Assembly: GCA_013265495.1 (NCBI GenBank)
Contig: MU057887.1
Coordinates: 1,127,985 to 1,191,984 of the forward strand
Length of the DNA stretch: 64,000 nucleotides
Direction of reading: 5' to 3'
Source of the DNA: Vicugna vicugna
Taxonomy: Eukaryota
Part shown: positions 46,393 through 56,243 of the stretch, piece after piece
Position numbering within the stretch: position 1 is the first letter of the stretch
Layout of the letters: each line of letters opens with the position of its first letter
The notes under the pieces: generated by a model
What the model saw: the letters and a program-made list of their open reading frames with translations, nothing else
Told to the model about the DNA's origin: nothing
Databases searched by the model: none
Program-made: the position numbers and the translations under genes

Positions 46393-46749
46393 TTTATTGT
46401 TACCAATACTTGCTAAATGTTTGAATTATTGAGCTGCTTAAAAATCACTGTTAGGTGGATTTTGTTTCTATCCTTTTCACTCTCTTCTTATTGGGGAGTT
46501 TACAAAATAATTATGTTTCCAGTTTTCTTTTATTCGTCATGGTGAATAGGAATTGAAGCTATGTAGCTCTGGGAACCTCTAGTTCCAAATAGGAAAGCCT
46601 TGTAAGCATTTCCAGCTGGCAGGTGGACAAAACTGAGGGCGTGCAAGTTGCTAGAGAGGCTCGGGCTTATGGAAAAACCCAGCTTCAGAAGGGACCTAGC
46701 GCACCTCGAGTTAGAGGTTCTTAAAGTGTTGCTTCTTCCCCGCAGATAC
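46393..46749 (-). pseudogene. Terminal exon relic of the antisense pseudogene
   Basis: Acceptor TTTTGCATTTTGGTAG. The phase-2 frame is open for 72 codons (RYLRGRSNTL...SIPIHHDE*) to TAA at 46532-46530, which overlaps AATAAA. A second AATAAA lies at 46398-46393. Confidence 0.5.
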
Positions 46750-46896
46750 CTACCAAAATGCAAAATTTACTGCGAGCAGGAGTTAAAGCAATCTGAAAAC
46801 AGAAGGAGAGGTGGAAATGGTATTATTCCTTTACAAAATCAGTGTCCTAGAAAGACAGAAGAAAGTTGTGGGAGTGTTTCAGATTAAAAGAGAAAT

Positions 46897-47056
46897 GATA
46901 GCGCAGGGAACTATATTCAGTATCTTATAGTAGCCTATAATGAAAAAGAATATGAAAATGAATATATGTATGTGTATGTATGACGGAAACATGATGCTAG
47001 ACACCAGAAATTGACACATTGTAAACTGACAATACTGAAATAAAAATAAAAAAAGA
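46897..47056 (+). mobile_element. Artiodactyl-type L1 3' tail
   Basis: TAGCGCAGGGAACTATATTCAGTATCTT...CCAGAAATTGACACATTGTAAACTGAC plus A tail, with flanking AGAGAAATGA duplication. Confidence 0.88.
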
Positions 47057-47059
47057 GAG

Positions 47060-47306
47060 AGAGGAGAGAAATGACAACAAAATGCAACATCTGACCCCAG
47101 ACTGGATCCTGTACTGGAGGGAAAAAGTACAGTCAAGGACATTATTAGGTCAATTGACAAAATTTGACTATGAATCATAAAGTGTCGTATCACTGTTAAA
47201 TTTACTGAAATTGGTAGGTGTACTGTAGTATATAAGAGAATATCCTTATTCTTAGGAAACACATGCTTCAGCTGAGGGAGAGAGGGCTCTGCTTCAAACA
47301 CACACA

Positions 47307-47341
<35 letters not shown>

Positions 47342-47500
47342 TATGGTTACCTACTTACAAAGACAAAGCAAGTGGATAGAATGTTGATCATAAGTAAATG
47401 TGATGGAGGGTACTTGGCTTACTGTGTTTTTCATACTGTTTTCTGTGTGTGTGTGCAATTTTTCTGGAAATGAAATTACTTACAAGTGAAAAGAAAAAGC
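47060..47500 (+). mobile_element. Old L1 (L1ME/L1MC-like) 3' end
   Basis: GACAACAAAATGCAAC...ACTGGATCCTG...AAGGACATTATTAGGTCAATTGACAAAATTTG...GAATATCCTTATTCTTAGGAAA. Confidence 0.75.
47298..47339. repeat. (CA)n microsatellite with one interruption
   Basis: About 21 AC units, directly visible. Confidence 0.97.
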
Positions 47501-47603
47501 AAATAAACAAAAAAAGCAGTTTCTACCTCTATGTCTTAGCGACATTTATTACCATGTTTAGAATTTGGAAGCTGCAGATAAGAAAATGTGAGGAACAGCT
47601 CAC

Positions 47604-47670
47604 CTATTCTGAAAACATCACTCCTACTTCATCTCTTTTTTAGCACTTCTTTAAATAAAAAAATCTCTTT
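47604..47670 (-). pseudogene. 3' half of the L1-split exon of the antisense pseudogene
   Basis: Reads KEIFLFKEVLKKR*SRSDVFRI in frame with the 53678-53541 half. Strong donor TAG|GTGAGC at 47603. Confidence 0.5.
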
Positions 47671-47777
47671 AATTAGATATAATTGTAGATTCACATGCAG
47701 TTGTAAGAAGTAATACAGAGAGATCTCTAGTTCTCTTTACCCGGTTCCCCCCATGGTAACATCTTAGAAAACAATAG

Positions 47778-48391
47778 AGCCTAAACAACAAGCTCCTACT
47801 GTACAGCGCAGGGAACTGTACTCAGTATCTCTTATAATAACCTACAGTGAAAAATAGTGTGGGGAGAAGGGTACGGCTCAGTGGCAGAGCGTGTGCTTAG
47901 CATGCACGAGGTCCTGGGTTCAATCCGCAGAGCCTCCATTAAAAAAAATTAAAAAATAAAATAAAATAAATAATGAACCTAATTACCCCCCTGCAAAAAA
48001 AAGAATATGAAAAAGAATATGTATGTGTAACTGAGTCACTATGCTATACGCCAGAAATACAACATTGTAACTCAACTATATACTTCAATAAAAAAGTTTA
48101 AAAAGTTAAAAATTATACAAAAATTTGAAAAAATAAACTAGTTGGAAGAGAACATATTCTCCTAATTGATTCTTTTAATTTTTAAATGCTGTGATTTTAT
48201 AGCTCTTTGTAAAACACCTGAGATCCCACTGAAGGTAAAGAATGTGTGTGTACGCATGCAGATGTACAAATTAGCCCAGCGGAGTTGTTACAGTGTTCTA
48301 TATTAATACCATGTATGTAAGCTGACTTTCTGTGGATCATATTATATAGGAATGCTTTAAGTAAATGTCCATTTGTTTCACTGGAAGAAAG
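47778..48391 (+). mobile_element. L1 3' tail with ~280 bp 3'-transduced sequence, interrupted by a SINE
   Basis: TSD AAACAATAG at 47769-47777 and 48392-48400 brackets the L1 tail, an A-rich tract, non-L1 sequence and AGTAAA at 48360-48365. Confidence 0.65.
47861..48002 (+). mobile_element. vic-1-type SINE inserted in an L1 tail
   Basis: GGGGAGAAGGGTACGGCTCAGTGGCAGAGCGTGTGCTTAGCATGCACGAGGTCCTGGGTTCAATCC. Confidence 0.92.
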
Positions 48392-50754
48392 AAACAATAG
48401 GACAGTATCACCGGGTGTCAACATGATGCTGTCAAGATGGAGAGCATTGCCATCATCCAGCCACCCCTCAGGCTGCCTTTGTAGCCACCGGGCCCCCCAT
48501 CCACCCCTGCTTTACCCTGGCAGTCTGGTCTCCATTTCTATCATGTTGTCATTTCAAAAATGGTAGCTAATGAATCCTATGTTATGTAACTCCTCGGGCT
48601 TGGCTTTTCTCACTCAGCGTAGTTCCCGTGAGATTCATCCCCGTGGTTGGGTGTGTTGAGGGTTCATTCCTTTTTATTGCCGGATAGTATCCCATGGAAT
48701 GGATGTACCAAGCTTGGGCACCACTCACCCTTCAGAGGACGCATGGGTGCTTCTCCAGTTACAGATGATTATGAATAAAGCTGCTGTGAACATCTGTGTA
48801 CAGGTTTTAAACAGCTCTATTGAGGTGTAGCTTATGTAGTTACATATTCCAGTATGTAACTCGTATACTTAAACAATAAAGTGTACAATTCCATGGTTTC
48901 CATTATATTTACTGTTTTGTGCAGCCGTTGCCACAATCTAATTTTAGAACACTTTTGTCACCCCTGAAAGAAACCGTGTACTCATTAGCCATCATTTGCC
49001 TGCCATGAGCACGTCCTACAAGTGGATTTATACAATACTTGGTCTTCTGTGACTGGCCTCCTTCCTTTAGCATAATAGTTTCAAGGGTCATCCCTGTTGT
49101 ATGAGGAATCAATACTTCATTTCTCTTCGTCCCTGAAAATACTGTATAGATACAGTGCATTTCACTTATCCATTGATCAGTTGGTGGCTGTGTGAGTGGT
49201 TCCCACTTGCCGGCTGTGATGAATGAGAGCCACTAGGAACTCCCGTGTGCAAGTTTTTGTGTAGATGTATGTTTTCGTTTCTCTAGAAGTGGAATTGCTG
49301 TGTCATGTGGTGACTCTGTGTTTACTTGTTCTGAGGGATTGCCAAACTGTTTTCCGAATGGCCACGTCATTTTACAGCCTCACTAGCAATAGACGAGAGT
49401 TCCAGTTTCTCCACATCTTCACCGACACTTGGCATCGTCTGTCTTTTGGATTACAGCCATTCTAGGGGATGTGAAGTGGTATTTCATTGTAGTTTTGATT
49501 TTGCATTTTCCTGACTAATGACCCTGAACATCTCTTCATGCACCTATTGGCTGTTTGCAAATCTTTGGAGACATACCTGTTAAATCCTTTGCCCATTTCT
49601 TCATTGGGATATTTGTCTTTTTATTGCTGAGTTGCCAGAGTGCTCTGTATCTTCTGGACACGAGTCCTGTGCCAGGTATGTGATTTTTAAATATTTTCAC
49701 CCATCTTATGAGTTCTCTTTTCTCTCTCTTGATGGTAGTATTTATAGCACAAAAATGTTTAATTTCAATGTCCAATTAATTTTTTTTTCTTTTGTCACTT
49801 GTGTTCTTGGTATGTGTACAGGGTTTTGTGTGAACCTAAGTTTTCATTTCACTGGGATAAATGCCCAACATAAGTTTCAACTGCTGGGTCATATGGCAGT
49901 TGTATGTTTCTTATAAAAAGAAACTAGCCAGCTGTTTTCCAGAGTGACTTACCGTTTTATTTATGTTCCCACCAGCAGTGTCTGAGTGATCCTGTTTGTC
50001 CACATCCCCACATTTGGTGGTGTTGCTCTTTTTAATTTCAGCCGTTCTGATAGCTATGCGGTGATGCCTCGCTGTGGTTTTCATCTGCAAGTGCCCCTAG
50101 TGGACAATGATGTGGAAGACCTTTTTGTGTGCTTATTTTGCTGTCTGTATATTCTCTTTGGTAAAATGTCTCTTCATGTCTTTGCCCATTTTCTAATTGG
50201 ATTTTGGGGGTTTTATTGTTCAGTTTTGAAATTTATATTTCAAAATTGTCCTTTGTCAGACATGTGATTTGCAAATGTTTTCACCCAAAGTGGACTTGTC
50301 TTTTCAGCCTCTTCGTAAGGTCCTTTATAGACCAAACGTTTTTTATTTCGATGATGTCCAGTTTTTCAGTTTTTCCTTCTAGAGATCATGCTTCTAGTCT
50401 CAAGCTTAAGACCTTTTTACTTAGCTATAGATCCTGGAGATTTTCTCCTATCCTTTTTCTGTAAGTTTTTTGGCTTTACATTCTATGTGTAAGTCCGTGA
50501 CCCCTTTGGAGTTGATCCTGTGTAAGATATGAGGCTTAGGTTGAGATGGTGATGATGATGATTGATGTTCAATCACACCAGCAGCATGTGTTGAAAAGGC
50601 TGTCATTCCTCCATTGACTTGCTTTTCCATCTTTGTCAAAAATCCATTGAGCATATTTGTATGAGTACGTTTCAGTGTTTTGTGGTCTGTTCATTTGTCT
50701 GTGTGTTGGTCCCTTTGTCAATACCACACTGTCCTGATTACTCAATAGGTCTTA

Positions 50755-51276
50755 GTACCAAGTCCAAGCTCATACTGCTTCCTGCATAACAGGCCAGTAA
50801 ATTGAGAAACAAGTGGTTGGGGTAAGGAATAGCAACTTTATTTGGAAAACCAGCAGACCAAGAAGATGGTGGCCTCGTGACCCAAAGAACCTTCCTCCTC
50901 AAGTTAGAATTCAGGCTTCTTTTATACTAAAAAAGGTGGAGGGTGGCAGAGTGGGGTGGCTGTTGCAGACTTCTTGGTGCCAGAATCTTTTGTTCTTGCA
51001 GCTGTCCATATAGATCTGGTCACAATGTTTCTATAAACCTCCAAAAAGACAGTTGTTATTTTCTGTTCTGCAACTTTTTCTCTCTATATGAATGGAAAAG
51101 TGTTATATCTTTAAAGGTAAGAGCCTTGAGAATGGGCTCTCCTGTGTATTTCAGGTTGTAGGCAACTTTCATTTACAAAGGGTGCAGAACCAGCAAGACT
51201 GAGCACAGGAAACGGAGCCCAGGGTTAGAGCTAAAGGAACAGATTAAACATGGAGCCGGGTTGTTTCTCTGTTACA
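50755..51276 (-). mobile_element. ERV1-class solo LTR (MER41-like) inserted in L1
   Basis: About 520 bp of non-L1 sequence ending TGTTACA, with antisense poly(A) signal (TTTATT) and TATA (TTTTATA). Flanks are GTCTTA/GTATTA. Confidence 0.7.
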
Positions 51277-53540
51277 GTATTAGGTAGAGTCATTCCTCCC
51301 CACTCACACTTCTTTTTCACGACTGATTTAGCCCTGCTAGGGCATGTCCTTTGCATATACGTTTAAGAGTAATCCTGTTTTTGTCTACAAAAAAAATCTT
51401 GCTGGGATTTTGACAGAATTATGTTAAAACTATAATTTGGGGAGAATTAAGATCTTTATTGTGTTGAGTCTTCCAATTCATGAACATGGTATGTTTCTTC
51501 TTTGTTTAGGTTCTCTTTGATTTTTTTTCATCAGCACTTTGTAATTTTCACTATTCAGATCCTGTATTTGTTTTTGTTAAGCTTTCGCCTAAGTATTTCA
51601 TTTTCTTTGGGGTGACTGTAAATGACATTGCTTTTAATTTTCATTACTCTATGCTTACTGTTAGTATGTAGGAACACAGTTTATTTCTGCATGTTGATCT
51701 GGCAACTTTGCTGAACCCATTAGTTCCAAGAGTTTTTGGTAGCTTCCTGGGGATTTTCTACCTAGACAATCATGTCATCTGCAAATAGGGATTTATTTCT
51801 TCCTTTCTATCTGTAGGCCTTCTATTCCTTCTCCTCCCCACCTCCCCCCCATTACGGTGGCTAGAACTTCTGAAACTGTGTTGAATAAGAATGGTGACAG
51901 TGGACATCTTTGCCTTGTTCCTGATCTTAGGAAGAAAGCATTCAGCTTTCCACCATGAAGTATGATGTGATGTTTTTGTCAATATTCTTTATCAGTTTGA
52001 GATAGATCTTGTCTATTCCAAACTTGCTAAGAATTTTTGTCATGAAGGAGTGTCAGATCTTGTCAAATACATTTTCCTGCATTAATGAATATGATCATAT
52101 GATTTTTCTTTTTCAGTCTATTGGTATAGGATATTACAATTGATTTTCAAATGTTGAACCAGTCTTGCATACCTGGGATAAATCCTACTTAATAGTGGTG
52201 TATAATTCTTTTTATATATTCTGGGATTTGATTTGCTAGTTTTGTTGAGGATTTTAATGTCTAAGCTCACAAACAGTTTTGGCCCATGGTTTTCATTTGT
52301 TTGCACTGACTCTGTCTGGTTTTGGTATCAGAGTAATACTAGCTTCATGAAAATGAATTGAGAAGTATTTCCTCCTCTTCTACTTTTGAGAAGAGATTGT
52401 ATAAAACTGGTACAGTGTTCATGCTTCTTTGCATGCTTGGTAGGGTTTTACAGTGAAGCCAGCTGCATGGAAATTTCTTTCACAGGAGATTTCTAATCAC
52501 AAATTCAATTTTTAAACAATTATAAGGCTATTGAGGTCATCTGTTTCATCTTCGTTCAGTTTTGGTAATTTGTAGTTTTCAAGAAATTTATTTATTGCTT
52601 GTTGAAGTTATGAGCCTAAAATTGTCTGCAGATTTTTATTAACCTTTTACTAGTTGTAGGATCTGTAGTGATGCCCTGTTTCACTCATGATATTGATGAT
52701 TTAAGCTTATCTTTTTATTTTTATCAAACTCACTAGAAGTTTATTTTTTCAGGGAGATTTTTGTTTCACTGGTTTCCCCATTTTCCTAATTTTAATCCCT
52801 TGATTGCATTGCTGCACTTATCTTTGCTAGTTCCTTTCTTCTGCTTGCTTTCAGTTTGTTTTGCTATTATTTTTCTAGTTTCTACAGGTCAGGACTTAGA
52901 TTAACTGAAAACCTTTCATCTTCTCTATTACAAGCATTTAATACTATAAATTTGCCTCTCAGCACTGCTTTTGCTTCATCCTGTGTATTTTGGTATATTA
53001 TATTTTTCTTTTCATTTAGTTCTATGTATTTTTAAATTTTTGTCATTTCCTGTTGGATTATTTAGGAGTATATTGATTAATTTTCAAATATTTAGATATT
53101 TTCCTGTTGTCTTTCTGTTATGGATTTCTAGCTTGATTCTATTGTGATTAGAAAATATACTTTGTAAGGTTTCTGCTCTTTTAAATTGGTTGAAGTTTAA
53201 TGACTCAGGATATGATCTGTCTTGGTGGATGTTCCATGGTGCTTGGGGAAAAAGTATTCTGCTCTTGTCAGTGGAGTGTTTTATTTATGTCCGTTAGATC
53301 CTGTGGGTTAATTATGTTGTTCAGCAGTTCTGTCACCTTGCTGAATTTCCATTCAGTAATGTATTGGTTTCTAAGACAGAGGCGTTAAGTCCCCAACTAT
53401 AATGGTGGGTACATCTATGTCTCCTTTCAGCTCTGTGACAGTTTTGTTTCACATAATTTGAGAATTTATTTTGGGGACATGCAAATTAGGATTGTCATGT
53501 CTTCTTAGTGGATGAATCCTTTTATCATTTTCTGATTCCC

Positions 53541-53678
53541 TTTATACGTTTAAAAGTAATCTGTTTTAATAGCCGATAATGTTCTTCCTTTCATATTTTA
53601 TTCAGCACTTATTAATCCTAACACTGTATCAGAACTGTCAACAATATTTTATGTGAAATTTTGATTATATTATACCCT
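53541..53678 (-). pseudogene. 5' half of the L1-split exon of the antisense pseudogene
   Basis: Acceptor TTCATTCTGAATCTTAG. Reads RV*YNQNFT*NIVDSSDTVLGLISAE*NMKGRTLSAIKTDYF*TYK. Confidence 0.45.
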
Positions 53679-53702
53679 CTAAGATTCAGAATGAACTTTG
53701 AA

Positions 53703-53866
53703 GGTACAAACTATTAGGTGTAAAATAAGCTACAGGGATGTATTGTGCAATGTAGGGAAAGTAGCCAATATTTTATAATAACTATAAATGGAGTAAACTT
53801 TTAAAAATTGTGAATCACTGTATTGTACACCTGTAACTTACATAACATTGTACACTTCAATTTTTA
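53703..53866 (+). mobile_element. L1 3' tail fragment
   Basis: GGTACAAACTATTAGGTGTAAAATAAGCTACAGGGATGTATTGT...GAATCACTGTATTGTACACCTGTAACT. Confidence 0.85.
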
Positions 53867-53889
53867 GAAAGGACTCTGAACAGTCTTAC

Positions 53890-54239
53890 GTAGTTTTGAT
53901 AAACAAGGATATTGGATCGACCTCAGTGTTAAGTGTGAGCAGGGGTTGGAGTACGTGCAGGAGGTATTTCCGAAGCTTGGGCTAATACACAGGAGCTGTG
54001 TCAGGTGTCCTCAGGTGTACATCCAAGGACACGTATCAGAATCTTGGATATTTACCTGAGGAGATATTGCAGAATCTCAGATACAGAGCCAAGGAGGTAA
54101 TTAGATTTGGGGGTATATACCCAAGAATTTATAACAGGATCTCAGGTTTATAACCGAAAAGATGTATCAGAATCTCAGATGTCTACCCAGCGAGGCTTAG
54201 CAGGTTCTCTAAGGAGGGGGTGAATTCTTAAAGTATAGT
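53890..54239 (-). pseudogene. 350-nt exon relic encoding ~8 degenerate 11-aa repeats
   Basis: 33-bp periodic DNA. Minus-strand reading LENLLSLAG*T/SEILIHLFGYK/PEILL*ILGYI/PPNLxYLLGSV/SEILQYLLR*I/SKILIRVLGCT... Acceptor TTATTAG, donor TAC|GTAAGA. Confidence 0.7.
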
Positions 54240-54666
54240 CTAATAATTTATTTACTTTTACATTTAAAGCAATATTAAAGGAGAATATGTGATATTTCTA
54301 TTAATCAGAAGGGGACATGGATTTAAAAAGATGGAGAAATAAGGGTTGCGACCTCGTAACCAACTTATTCTATGTGTGTGAAAATGACTAGCTTCCACTG
54401 TCCAGGATGGAATGACAGGAACCGATTTACTCTCCTGCCAGAGACAACCAGGAATTCAGACAAATGTATGAAACAATGTTTTTCAAGACATTGGACATCA
54501 GGCAGTGAACGGCACTGATGGTTGTGAGGTGAAAACCAATGAAGTGAGAGATGTGACTTGAGAGAGTTTCCAGGCTGTGGTGCAGGGAGGGGAGCCCAAG
54601 CAGAGCATGGCAGGCACTCTAGGTTGAAGAGATGGGGCTGAGGGCCTAAGGAGACTTGAGTGCCTC

Positions 54667-54776
54667 GTGTCCCCAGGGCGGGGTGCCAAAGACGAGGACT
54701 CTGGAGGTCTGCTAAGTGCCAGTGTCCCCAGGGCGGGGCGCCAAAGACGAGGACTCTGGAGGTCTGCTAAGTGCCA
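54667..54776. repeat. 55-bp tandem duplication (2 copies, 1 mismatch)
   Basis: GTGTCCCCAGGGCGGGG(T/C)GCCAAAGACGAGGACTCTGGAGGTCTGCTAAGTGCCA x2. Confidence 0.95.
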
Positions 54777-56107
54777 GTTGGTGCAGGCATGTGAGTAAAA
54801 CTGCTTGAGGCCAGGAAAAAACCATCTGAGAGGATTAGAGGAACAGTGCCCAGCACTCAGACTGGGCCAGGAATAGTGCCTGGCACCCACATGGGGCCAG
54901 GAAAGGTGCCCGTTGCCACCTGCCAGTCTGGAAAACCTCATGCTTCACGGGGAATTGTGTGGAGTGCTCAGAGAGATCTAGCCTCAGTGGGGGGGAATAA
55001 TTGCACTAGATTGCGTGTGGCTGTGGTCCTGCCTGACGAACCTCCAAAATAAGACACAAAAGGATCTTCTCCAAGTATTTGAACTGCATCCCAGAGCAAA
55101 GCTCAAGAATATTTACAGGAAAACAAAACTATCCAGCACTGAACAAGGTAAAAATCACAATATCTGACATCTAATCAAAGACTGCTAGACATGCAAAGAA
55201 GTGGGAAAAGAGAACCCTTATTGGGGGGGGTGGAGAAAAATCAATGAATTGAAACCTACCCAGAACTGACATATATATTAGATGTAGCAGATAAGTGCAT
55301 TAAAATAGTTATTATGGTGGTATTTTACATGTTCAAAAAGTTAAGTAGATATATAACAAAATATACAAATTGAACTTCTATGCTGAAATCTGCAGTACCT
55401 GAGATTAAAAACACACTGGACAGGATTAACAGCAGATTAGACATTGCAGAAGAAAAGATTAGTGAACTTGAAGGCATAGCAGTAGAAACTAAGATGACAC
55501 ACCCAGAGGAAAAAAGAATTTTTTAAAAATGGAAAGAGCATCAGTGAACTGTTGAACTACAGCCTAATATACATACAGTTGGAGACCTTGGTGGGGAAAA
55601 GTGCAGGACGGGAGAAATATTTGGAGAAACAATGGGGTCAATTCATTGGGATGTTTAAACAATTCTAAAAGTTTATGCATCTAATAACAGAGCTTTAAAA
55701 TACGTGAAACAGAAACTGACAGAATTTTAAGAAGAAACAAATACAAATTATAATCAGAGATAATTCATGAAGCAAATACAGAGAATATCAGCAAGGATGT
55801 AGATTTGAACAATACTGTCAACCAACTCGATCTAATTGGCATTTTTATATAGAATACTCTTCCAAACAGCAGAGGATACATTATTTTCAAGTGCATGCAG
55901 AATACTTACCAAGATACATCATGTTCGGGGCCATAAAATGAGCCTCAATAAATTTTAAAAGATTCAAGTCATATAAAGTAGATTCTCTGACATAATGGAA
56001 TAAGTTAGAAATCCATAACATGAACATGAATTTAAAAGTCACCAAATGTTTGGAAACTAAATGACATGCTTCCAAATAACCCATGTGTCAAAAAAGAAAT
56101 CAAAATT

Positions 56108-56243
56108 GAGGAGGGTATAGCTCAAGTGGTAGAGAGCATGCTCAGCACACACAGGGTCTTGGGTTCAATCCCCAGTACCTCCTCAAAAAATAAATAAGTA
56201 AACCTAATTACCCTCCCCCCAAAATAAATAAAGAGCAATACAT
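56108..56243 (+). mobile_element. vic-1-type SINE inserted in L1
   Basis: GAGGAGGGTATAGCTCAAGTGGTAGAGAGCATGCTCAGCAC...GGGTTCAATCCCCAGTACCTCC, with flanking AAAGAAATCAAA duplication. Confidence 0.92.

Larger units (their letters stand above)
47671..53540 (-). mobile_element. Composite antisense L1 block: L1MC-like host with nested L1MB-like (~48809-49812), an L1 tail/transduction and an ERV LTR
   Basis: L1MC-type 3' end at 47671 (TAGATATAATTGTAGATTCACATGCAGTTGTAAGAA) continues at 48401, and T-rich antisense ORF2 runs to 53540. The nested copy is flanked by TGTGTACAGG duplications. Confidence 0.88.

Noticed and set aside
48158..48228. Apparent extra 71-nt minus-strand exon (GISGVLQRAIKSQHLKIKRIN) with a good acceptor and fitting phase
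   Set aside because: It lies inside the TSD-bounded transduction that is itself inside the L1, so it post-dates the gene, and its donor is non-canonical. This shows a single phase match can arise by chance.
53940..54215. Plus-strand reading of the 33-bp repeat (ESQVYTQEDVS-like), or a CRISPR-like array
   Set aside because: No plus-strand splice context. The units are contiguous and degenerate with no unique spacers, and the DNA is mammalian.
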